Positions 8,983 through 17,600 of a stretch of 64,000 bases of DNA are shown here, in pieces. The DNA is from Bacteroidia bacterium. GTDB lineage: Bacteria > Bacteroidota > Bacteroidia > AKYH767-A > JBBKVM01. Numbering within the stretch: position 1 is the stretch's first letter; each line of letters starts with the position of its first letter. A model generated the notes under the pieces. That model had not been told where the DNA came from and did no database searches. It was given only the letters and a program-made list of their open reading frames with translations. The stretch lies in contig JBBKWX010000055.1 in NCBI GenBank assembly GCA_037969175.1, forward strand, positions 65,758 to 129,757, in the 5' to 3' direction. Position numbers and translations under genes: made by a program.

Positions 8983-10301
8983 ATAAAGGCTTGCGTTAAT
9001 GCTGCCCCGGGTAATAATCCTCCGGGTATCTCATTGTTAAATCCAAGTATGTATGAAATTGTAGGAACAATATCTATGCTTTGACCCAACACAGAATTGA
9101 ATACGGTGTTTTGTTTTACGATAGAAGGAGGTCCTACTACCATACAAAATATTTCTCTGGATGTTTGATCACTTGTATGATCCAGGGCGAACCTACCATT
9201 GGTATCAACAACTGTGTTTGCTTGCAGATTCCGACCATGCTCCGGAGCAACGATCAGAATAGTGTCGTTTGCCATTCCGGGAGTGTTTTGTATGGTCTGC
9301 CATAGATGTGCCACGGCCCAATCGGATTTGCGCAAATTGTTACAGTACCCGCTAAAATTTGAATGACAAATATCTACATCCTGCATATTTACAACAAGTA
9401 ATTCGGGCTTGAATTCCTTGATGATCTCTTCAGCAAAAAAGATATTGTACATATCATTATTCATTGCCGATCCTACACCCCAGGGATTATTGTATTGACC
9501 GGATACGGCTTTGTTGAACGCGCCACTGATGAAGTTTTGGAGAATTGTTTTTTCTATTTCAGGATTGATCACACCTGCATCACCACCGACGATCTGACCC
9601 ACAAAATTCTTATCTGTGAACTCTCTCATATTGGTTATCATAGCTTGTTCAGAACTGCTGAACTGCCTCATGTTGCCCAAGACATCATATCCTGCGGAAG
9701 AAATGAGTGATGTGGGTGCTATGAAATTTGCACCATATTGAGCTCCGTATCCGGGGTATTTGCTGAAGTTTAATGCCGGGTAGGGTCCTAATGAATTACT
9801 TACCCACCAGGAATTAAGTGTTGACATAGCCGGACTGTTATGCTTCCTGTAATATTCGAAGATTGTGGGATATGCAGGATGATCTCTAAGGTTCAGATCT
9901 GCACTTGTATATTGTCCGGTAACTGCAGTGGTATGGCCGTTGAAATGACCGGTTGGTCCGGCAGCATATCTGAATTCTTTAAACAGTGTACCGTAATTTT
10001 GTAAAGGCAACGGGAGTGGGGAAGGAGGTAATGCACTCATGGATCCGATAATATCGGGTGAGATCGCTTCTGTACCATTGAACATAGCACGCATTAAATT
10101 TCCTTCTGCCTTTTGCACGGACTCAAAATTCCGAACCCCGCCGGCAAAAAGACAAAATACCACATGATTAGCTTTTCGCGCTCCGGTGGCTGCAAACAAT
10201 CTTCCACTTGGCAAAATATAGGGCAGAGTCATCATGCCTGCCGTTGCCAGGCTAGCCTTACGTAGAAATTCTCTTCTTGCAATTGTTTTAGTGGTCGACA
10301 T
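8979..10301 (-). CDS. Tat-exported DUF1501 family protein (alkaline-phosphatase / sulfatase superfamily)
   Basis: The twin-arginine signal is 'TIARREFLRKASLATAGMM'. 'HVVFCLFAGGVRNF' matches the DUF1501 N-terminal 'lvvvflrGGlDg'. The C-terminal 'GRFALDHTSD...SIDIVPTISYILGF' matches 'GRDHw...hDlhATilhllGl'. It is 440 aa with ATGA overlaps at both ends. Confidence 0.85.
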   Translation of the reverse strand: MSTTKTIARREFLRKASLATAGMMTLPYILPSGRLFAATGARKANHVVFCLFAGGVRNFESVQKAEGNLMRAMFNGTEAISPDIIGSMSALPPSPLPLPLQNYGTLFKEFRYAAGPTGHFNGHTTAVTGQYTSADLNLRDHPAYPTIFEYYRKHNSPAMSTLNSWWVSNSLGPYPALNFSKYPGYGAQYGANFIAPTSLISSAGYDVLGNMRQFSSSEQAMITNMREFTDKNFVGQIVGGDAGVINPEIEKTILQNFISGAFNKAVSGQYNNPWGVGSAMNNDMYNIFFAEEIIKEFKPELLVVNMQDVDICHSNFSGYCNNLRKSDWAVAHLWQTIQNTPGMANDTILIVAPEHGRNLQANTVVDTNGRFALDHTSDQTSREIFCMVVGPPSIVKQNTVFNSVLGQSIDIVPTISYILGFNNEIPGGLLPGAALTQAFI

Positions 10302-10792
10302 CAGTAGTATCTATATTCATTACTGGTCATCATAGCATAATAGACCATAGCAGGATTTATCCCTGCATTTTTTTCTATCAGATCTTTTATATACCAGGCT
10401 TCAAATGCCTGCGCTTCTCTGTTAAAAAATTTGAGATAAGATTTAAGAATGAATGCATTAATATCAGATCTCATTTGAGCATCTGTAGGCAATTGCACTC
10501 CGGGTTTATTCAGGAAGTTCCGGATGATCATATCTTCAATTAATTTCCTGTCACCAAAACTTTGATATGCAAGATCAAGTTTGATCAATTCTGCTGAGGA
10601 GATTCCGGTGCCAAAAAGATCTGAATATGCGATCGAGATAAATTCTATTGTAGATTTTACGTTGTCTTTCCCGGATCCGGATTGACTTACTGTAACCGGG
10701 TTTAGCTCATAGATGTAGTCTTGTTCTTTTTTACAAGAACTGAAAAATATCAATAAGCTTATGATGAATATATATGAACTTTTTAATATCAT
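10301..10792 (-). CDS. Small lipoprotein of 163 aa with one DUF1549-like motif module
   Basis: The signal is 'ISLLIFFSSCKKEQD'. 'LKFFNREAQAFEAW...AMVYYAMMTSNEYRYY' resembles the DUF1549 segments 'RRvsLDLtGLpPtpeEv...LLaSprYGErw'. A 4-nt overlap with the upstream gene lies at 10789-10792. Confidence 0.55.
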   Translation of the reverse strand: MILKSSYIFIISLLIFFSSCKKEQDYIYELNPVTVSQSGSGKDNVKSTIEFISIAYSDLFGTGISSAELIKLDLAYQSFGDRKLIEDMIIRNFLNKPGVQLPTDAQMRSDINAFILKSYLKFFNREAQAFEAWYIKDLIEKNAGINPAMVYYAMMTSNEYRYY

Positions 10793-11667
10793 AGTCCTGC
10801 GTATTCATTACTGATCAAAATGGTTTTTTGCATTTGTGAGTAACTACCACTTTGCTTATACTTTGAAGTGAGATCACTCATCTCAACGGATGTAGGTTCG
10901 CGAAATAAAAACCGTTTATAGGATAGGCGAACCTGACCTTCGTAATAATCGTCGGAGTTAAAAAACAGATTAATCAGATCAATTTTACTTTTTCCAAATT
11001 GTAAAAATACGATGGCATTTTTTCCATCCACCATATCGATTGCGGATAGTAATTCTGATTGTGTTGGATATCTCAACAAGAAATGTTGCCATAATGAAAC
11101 AACAAAATTCAGACTCCCCATGTTGAGTTGATCATAGAAATTATTGTTAACACAACGCAAAAACATTTCTTTAATATTGATAGTTCCGTTTTGCAATTTG
11201 AAAGGTATTTCACGCATAAGCTCTAATCGATCTATTTCATCCTGAATTAGGTCGTAGAATAGGATATAAGCAGGATCTTGTAATAAAATGGAATAAAGAA
11301 AGATCTGCTGAGCGATCAGATTCGTATCCATACTATTTAGCAAGTCAGCACGGGCCAAGGTATATAAATTGTCTTTGTATGCAGGTTTCGAAATTATTCC
11401 TTCGATAAATGTTGCTCGGGTAGAACTGGAGAAGTTTGTATTTTTAAGATCGATCCTTGCCGTATTGAATTCGATGCTATCCGGTTCTCTTGCCAGCAGA
11501 CTTATATAACTCCGGATGATATATGTCTCAATTGTAGCATTTGAGATGGTAGGGTCAGCAGGTGCATCATTCCCCGGAACTGCAATAATATCATCTTTGC
11601 GGCAAGCACTAAATGCCGTCAACATCATAGCAAGTATAAATATATTTTGTGCTCTGAAAAACTGCAT
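10789..11667 (-). CDS. Lipoprotein of 292 aa containing three reiterated DUF1549-like motifs. It is the first gene of the operon.
   Basis: The signal is 'LAMMLTAFSACRKDD'. The motifs are 'YISLLAREPDSIEF...IISKPAYKDNLYTLARADLL', 'LWQHFLLRYPTQSELL' and 'FLFREPTSVEMSDL...ILISNEYAGL'. The C-terminal 'SNEY' motif is shared with the 163-aa neighbour. Confidence 0.55.
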   Translation of the reverse strand: MQFFRAQNIFILAMMLTAFSACRKDDIIAVPGNDAPADPTISNATIETYIIRSYISLLAREPDSIEFNTARIDLKNTNFSSSTRATFIEGIISKPAYKDNLYTLARADLLNSMDTNLIAQQIFLYSILLQDPAYILFYDLIQDEIDRLELMREIPFKLQNGTINIKEMFLRCVNNNFYDQLNMGSLNFVVSLWQHFLLRYPTQSELLSAIDMVDGKNAIVFLQFGKSKIDLINLFFNSDDYYEGQVRLSYKRFLFREPTSVEMSDLTSKYKQSGSYSQMQKTILISNEYAGL

Positions 11668-11944
11668 ATATCAAATATACAAATTGAATGGTATTTATAA
11701 CAATTGAATCCATGAAAAATTGTTTTGCGCCATTGATAGCAGAGAAAAGCCCACAGCCCACAAATTTTTTAGGCGAGGATTTACAGCGTATATCCTGACC
11801 CTGTCGAGCTTTACGAAGGCAGTGAGGCGCCCAAAATATTTTTATTCACCAATATATATGAATTACTAACTTTATGCGCTTGAATTAATTATTGACATCC
11901 GTTTAAGCCGGATACTATTTACCTGTGTTTGATATAGAAAATTA

Positions 11945-12907
11945 ATGATGAAAGAATTTGTAAAGAGTTTATTTGTTGAGGAAGTTGAGATAAAAGACAA
12001 CCTCGTAATAATGCATTCTCAAGCAGCTGATATGAATCAGAAATTGACAAATGATGCATTCTCTGAGAAGTGGCTTGCTGCGGCAGATAAGGGTGTAATG
12101 ACAGGAGAAGGATTGGAATTTCAGAAGAATTGGTATTTGGATCTGTATGGATTTGAATCTTTTGATATTTTGAAAGATTTCTTGACCACAAAAAAAGTGA
12201 TCCTTGATGCCGGTTGTGGATTGGGGTATAAGGCAGCAATGTTCGCAGAGTTTGCTCCCAACTCAATTGTGATTGGGATGGATTTTTCAGATGCAGTTAT
12301 AGTTGCAAGAGAAACGTATAAACATCTTCCCAATTTATTTTTTGTAAAAGGAGATATTGCGAATACAAAATTGAAAAGCAATTCCATTGATTATGTCTCC
12401 TGTGATCAGGTACTTCATCATACAACAGATCCGTTGAAAACCTTTGCCCATCTATGTGATATTACGAAAAAGGGTGGTGAATTTGCAACATATGTGTATG
12501 CAAAGAAAGCATTGCCACGTGAATTGTTAGATGAATATTTCAGAGATAATGTGAAGAATCATTCGAATGAAGAGATATGGGCATTGTCTGAACAACTAAC
12601 GGAATTGGGGAAAACACTTTCAGAGTTGAATATTAAATTCAATTGTCCGGATATTCCATTATTGGGTATCAAGGGAGGGGAGCAAGATCTTCAGCGATTT
12701 ATTTATTGGAATTTTATCAAATGTTTCTGGAATGAAAAAGTAGGATATGAATATTCATTATCCACCAATTTCGATTGGTATATTCCAACAAATGCATATC
12801 GATATTCTGAACAGGATTTTAGAGATATGATAAGTAGTAATTCATTGGAGATATCTTATTTTCATTCTGAAGAAGCTTGTTATTCCGGGCGTTTTAAGAA
12901 ACCTTGA
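11945..12907 (+). CDS. Class I SAM-dependent methyltransferase
   Basis: Motif I is 'VILDAGCGLGYKAAMFAE'. Motif II is 'DYVSCDQVLHH'. The protein is 320 aa. Confidence 0.8.
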   Translation: MMKEFVKSLFVEEVEIKDNLVIMHSQAADMNQKLTNDAFSEKWLAAADKGVMTGEGLEFQKNWYLDLYGFESFDILKDFLTTKKVILDAGCGLGYKAAMFAEFAPNSIVIGMDFSDAVIVARETYKHLPNLFFVKGDIANTKLKSNSIDYVSCDQVLHHTTDPLKTFAHLCDITKKGGEFATYVYAKKALPRELLDEYFRDNVKNHSNEEIWALSEQLTELGKTLSELNIKFNCPDIPLLGIKGGEQDLQRFIYWNFIKCFWNEKVGYEYSLSTNFDWYIPTNAYRYSEQDFRDMISSNSLEISYFHSEEACYSGRFKKP

Positions 12908-12930
12908 TCTAAATATTAATATGTATTTCA

Positions 12931-12966
12931 AAAAAAATCCCTGTTCATATGAACAGGGATTTTTTG
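12931..12966. terminator. Bidirectional rho-independent terminator between the convergent methyltransferase and dipeptidase genes
   Basis: A-tract, then hairpin 'atccctgttc atat gaacagggat' at 12937..12960, then 'ttttt' at 12961-65. Confidence 0.5.
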
Positions 12967-12981
12967 ATCTTACAAGAATTA

Positions 12982-14352
12982 TTATTTGCTCATTTCAGCA
13001 TAATTCAAAAAGAAATGAGGAATAGTTTCTATACCTTTTAGATAATTAAAAATTCCATAATGTTCATTGGGAGAATGGATGTCATCTGAATCCAATCCGA
13101 ATCCCATCAACACAGAATCGAGTCCCAGCTCCGTTTTGAACAATGCAACAATGGGAATACTACCACCACCTCTCACAGGAATAGGCTTTTTACCAAAGGT
13201 AGTTTCCATGGCTTTTGCTGCCGCCTGATATGCAACAGAATTGGTTGGAGTTACAACCGGCTCACCACCATGATGCGGACGTACCGATACCTTTACACCT
13301 TTGGGAGCTATGGATTCAAAATGTTTTATAAATAACTCAGTAATTTTTTCGCTGTTTTGATTTGGAACAAGACGCATACTTACTTTCGCAAATGCTTTTG
13401 AAGGCAACACAGTCTTAGCTCCTTCACCAATATATCCACCCCAGATCCCATTCATCTCTAAAGTAGGACGGATAGAGGTTTGTTCGTTTACGCTATATCC
13501 CGCCTCACCAATGGTTTCTTCAATTGATAGATCTTTCATGTATTTGTCTTTGCTAAATGGAGCCTTTGCCATTTCAGCACGTTCAGCATCCGAGACAATT
13601 TCAACATCATCATAAAAACCCGGAATAGTTATGTGATTATTCTCGTCTTTCATGGAAGCGATCATCTGGCAAAGTATATTAATTGGATTGCCAACAGCTC
13701 CTCCATAAACTCCGGAATGAAGATCTTTATTGGGACCTGTAACTTCAACTTCCACATAACTTAATCCGCGCAACCCAACAGTGATTGAAGGAACATCATT
13801 TGCGATCATCGAAGTATCAGAAATCAAAATAACATCAGCCTTCAGCTTGGCTTTATTTTCTTTTACAAATTTTCCCAGATTATCAGATCCCACTTCTTCT
13901 TCACCTTCGATCATGAATTTGATGTTGCAAGGCAAAATGGATTCTTTTTGCATGATCTCAAAAGCTTTTACATGCATATAAACTTGCCCTTTGTCATCAC
14001 AAGCACCACGTGCGAAAATTTTATTGTCAATAATGACCGGTTCGAATGGCGGACTATTCCACAGGTTCAACGGATCAGGAGGCTGTACGTCGTAGTGACC
14101 ATACACCAGGACTGTAGGCAATGACGCATCTATGATCTTCTCACCATAAACTATTGGATGGCCTGCCGTTTCACAAACTTCTACCTTGTCAGCTCCTGCG
14201 GTTTTAAGACTATTGCTCACAAACTCGGCAGCCCTTCTTACATCGTCTTTGTATTTACTGTCAGCACTTACAGATGGAATTTTCAATAATTCCAATAATT
14301 CATTGACATAACGATCTTTATTATTTTCAATCTGTTTTTTTATATTTTCCAT
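12982..14352 (-). CDS. M20-family dipeptidase (ArgE/DapE/ACY1/CPG2 superfamily metallopeptidase)
   Basis: 'VYGHYDVQPPDP...W..PPFEP', 'GACDDKGQ' and 'MIEGEEEVGS' are M20 metal- and catalytic-site motifs. The length of 456 aa is typical of cytosolic non-specific dipeptidases. Confidence 0.85.
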   Translation of the reverse strand: MENIKKQIENNKDRYVNELLELLKIPSVSADSKYKDDVRRAAEFVSNSLKTAGADKVEVCETAGHPIVYGEKIIDASLPTVLVYGHYDVQPPDPLNLWNSPPFEPVIIDNKIFARGACDDKGQVYMHVKAFEIMQKESILPCNIKFMIEGEEEVGSDNLGKFVKENKAKLKADVILISDTSMIANDVPSITVGLRGLSYVEVEVTGPNKDLHSGVYGGAVGNPINILCQMIASMKDENNHITIPGFYDDVEIVSDAERAEMAKAPFSKDKYMKDLSIEETIGEAGYSVNEQTSIRPTLEMNGIWGGYIGEGAKTVLPSKAFAKVSMRLVPNQNSEKITELFIKHFESIAPKGVKVSVRPHHGGEPVVTPTNSVAYQAAAKAMETTFGKKPIPVRGGGSIPIVALFKTELGLDSVLMGFGLDSDDIHSPNEHYGIFNYLKGIETIPHFFLNYAEMSK

Positions 14353-14594
14353 GTGTTTTTTCTAGGATCGTAAAGATAAGATTTTAAGATGTGAAGCTGT
14401 AATTATTGATTCGATAAAACAAGAATCTTCGTTTCAATATTGTGTGTCAACTCAATTAGCAAATATAAAAGCGAATTTCTACTCCTCTGTTATTTAATAA
14501 TTTAAATATTATTTTTTGTGTGCAAACTTAAAAGAACAACATATATCCATGCTTTCGGACTGCTGAGATCGTTAGTTCTTGCTTGTCCATTTTC

Positions 14595-14624
14595 TTGTAA
14601 AACGAGTAAAAAATCGTAAGTTTG
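14595..14624 (+). promoter_or_regulatory. Candidate Bacteroidetes sigma-A promoter for the 14662 gene. It has a -33 TTG at 14595-97 and a -7 box 'TAAGTTTG' at 14617-24.
   Basis: The -7 box matches the TAnnTTTG consensus exactly. It lies 19 nt downstream of a TTG and about 38-70 nt upstream of the two candidate start codons. Confidence 0.35.
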
Positions 14625-14661
14625 TTTTGCTCGGTCCCCTATTGCCGAACCCTTTACCACC

Positions 14662-17600
14662 ATGAACCTATCCAGAAACGAACGCACGTTCATTTCCATG
14701 AAGGCTTTTACCCTGATTGGGTTGATGCTTTTGTGCATTCCTGTTTTTTCACAAGTACCCGCAAATAATTTGTGTTCAAATTCACAGGTGATCACTATCA
14801 GTCCCAGTGGAACAACATGTGTTTCAGGCACAAATTTAAATGCAACATCTGACGGTTTTTTTAATGCATGTAATGCACCTACCGGGGGTAATGAAGTATG
14901 GTATACATTTATAGCTACCGGAACAAATAATACAATTACTGTTAATCCTGCTGCCGGAGCCGGAGCTGCACAGTCATTAGTACTAACGATTAATTCAGGA
15001 AATTGCAGTACTCCGGCTTCACTGATATGCGATGCTGCTCCCGGTCCCGGAGGAAGTGCATCCGCTTCATGGGTATTTACTCAAGGAGTACAAGTGTGGT
15101 TCGAAGTAACAACGCTGGGTGCAGCGGGTAATTTTGATGTGTGCGTTACCTCAGTTACACCACCACCTAACCCGGGCGGTACTTGCCCTACAGCTACAAC
15201 TCTTTGTGACAAGAGTGATTTTACAGTGACCACCTTACCTGTAGGAACTTCTGGTTATATGACCGGTTGTTTTTCTAACTCACCACAGAATGACTCCTGG
15301 TTTCAATTTACGGTTGGAGTAACAGGTACTATCGAATGGACAGCCACTCCAAATGGACTAACAGAGTACGATTGGGCTTTATATGATATCTCAGCAGGAT
15401 GTCCGGGTACTCAGATAGCATGCAATTATTTTTACTCAAACTCATTGGGAGCTCCGTTTGGAATGTCTGCTGCATCTGTGGGTTGTATCTTGGATGATTT
15501 CTGCCCTTCATTGATAGTGACAGCCGGAAATACATATGTTTTACAGATCGATAATTTTGATGCGAATGGTGTTGGATTCGATTTCGTTTGGGGGGGTACA
15601 TTCAAGATCGCTCCTACTTCAAGTTTTTCGGTCAACACTCCTACAGGTTGTGGAGTTGTAAATACAGGATTTACAAATACCAGTGTGGGTGCAAGTTCCC
15701 AAACCTGGAATTTAGGAAATGGAAACACTTCAGCTGCAGTTAGTCCGGCTGTACAAAATTATCCTTCACCTGGGAATTATTTAGTGGCACTCACAGTTTC
15801 TTCTGCAACGGGTTGCACGCAAACCAGTACCAATGTTGTTACAGTAAAATCAATTCCTACATCTACATTCACAAATACACTATCGGTATGTGTAGGAGCG
15901 GCAGCGACCATAACTTATACAGGCACGGCATTGGCTGCTGCGACGTATACCTGGGCTTTTGCAGGGGGAACAATAATATCCGGTTCGGGACAAGGACCCT
16001 ACCAAGTAAGCTGGGCTACACCTGGTGTAAAGAACGTTTCGCTGCTAGTAACTGAAAACGGATGTGTTTCAGCTATAACAAATAACAATGTTACCGTAAA
16101 TGCGATTCCAACTTCTACATTTACTGCAAACGCAACAGCATGTGTTGGGCAAAACTATAATGTAAGCTATACTGGTACAGCATCTGCCGCAGCAACTTAT
16201 GCATGGAATTTTGGCGGTGCTGCTATCGTCTCCGGAAGCGGACAGGGGCCTTATGTATTGACTTGGCCTGCTGCCGGACCGCGTTCCATCACCTTGACAG
16301 TTACCGAAAATGCTTGCGTATCTGTACAAACTCAGGTAAATCTGACGGTAAATTCTGTACCCACATCTACATTTACTGCTACTCCGGCCTTATGTGTAGG
16401 TTCAAGCGCAACAGTAACATACACAGGTTCAGGAAGCGCTCTTGCTACATATAATTGGAATTTTAGTGGAGGAACGATCTCTTTGGGTTCAGGTCAAGGG
16501 CCTTATCAAATAAATTGGGCAAGTCCGGGCATCAAAAATTTAGGACTGACCGTTACGGAAAATGGATGTACTTCAGCTTCAACAGCCGTAAATGTGACAG
16601 TTCACCCCATCCCGACAAGTACATTCACTATTACACCTTCTGCCTGTGTTAATCAGGCTGTCGCTATTACGTATACAGGATCAGCAACTGCCGGAGCTGC
16701 TTTTACCTGGAACTTTGGAGGAGCCACTGTTATCAGTGGAACCGGACAAGGTCCCTATTCAATTAGCTGGCCTGTGTCCGGTACACCCAATGTTAGTTTG
16801 AGTGTGACCGAAAATGCCTGCGTTTCTCCGATAACTATTTTGCCTATCACCATTAACCCGATTCCAACAAGTACATTCACGATACCGGCCCAAAGTTGTG
16901 CAGGTGATACTGTTTCTTTGGTATACACCGGTACCGGTGGTGCTGGAGCAACATACAATTGGAGTTATGTTCCGGCAAGTTTTGTTAGTGGAGCAGGGCA
17001 AGGCCCAATTCAAATAAGTTATGCCGGTGCAGGTGCATTTTTACCTACTCTGACAGTGATCCAGAATGCATGTACTTCAGCAGTTTCAAATCAACCTATA
17101 ACAGTTTATCCAATTCCTTCATCGGCCTTTACGATCAATGCAGTCGCTTGCGAAGGTGATACACTTACCGTTACATACACAGGCTCTTCGCTACCCGGAG
17201 CAACCTATAACTGGAACTTTGGTTCGGCCACAGTAATTAGTGGAGCAGGGCAAGGCCCCTATTTGGTAAAATGGTTTGGCGCAGGTAACTACTCAGTCAG
17301 TTTGCAAGTCACGGAAAATAGTTGCTTATCACCGATAACCAGTTCTCCTATACTTGTAAAACCTGTACCCATTGCTTCTTTTTCTATGCCTATTGTAGCA
17401 TGTCAGGGAGATACAATTACTATCACATACACAGGGAATGCGACTGCTCTGGCAACATATAACTGGACTCTTGGTTCAGCGGTACTGGTTTCAGGAACAG
17501 GACAAGGGCCTATAAGGGTCAGTTGGAATTCAAGCGGGGTTCAAAATATCAGTCTGCAAGTCACTGAGAATGGTTGTTCCTCAATCAATCAATTACAAAG

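Noticed and set aside
8641-9084. 147-aa plus-strand ORF spanning the junction of two minus-strand operon genes
   Set aside because: It is antisense to translationally coupled genes that have strong family signatures, and no start context supports it.
10301-11667. Idea that the 292-aa and 163-aa genes are a single DUF1800-like gene split by a frameshift (pseudogene)
   Set aside because: Each has its own lipoprotein signal peptide with a lipobox Cys. The junction is a clean ATGA overlap like the other junctions in the operon. They look like two bona fide genes.
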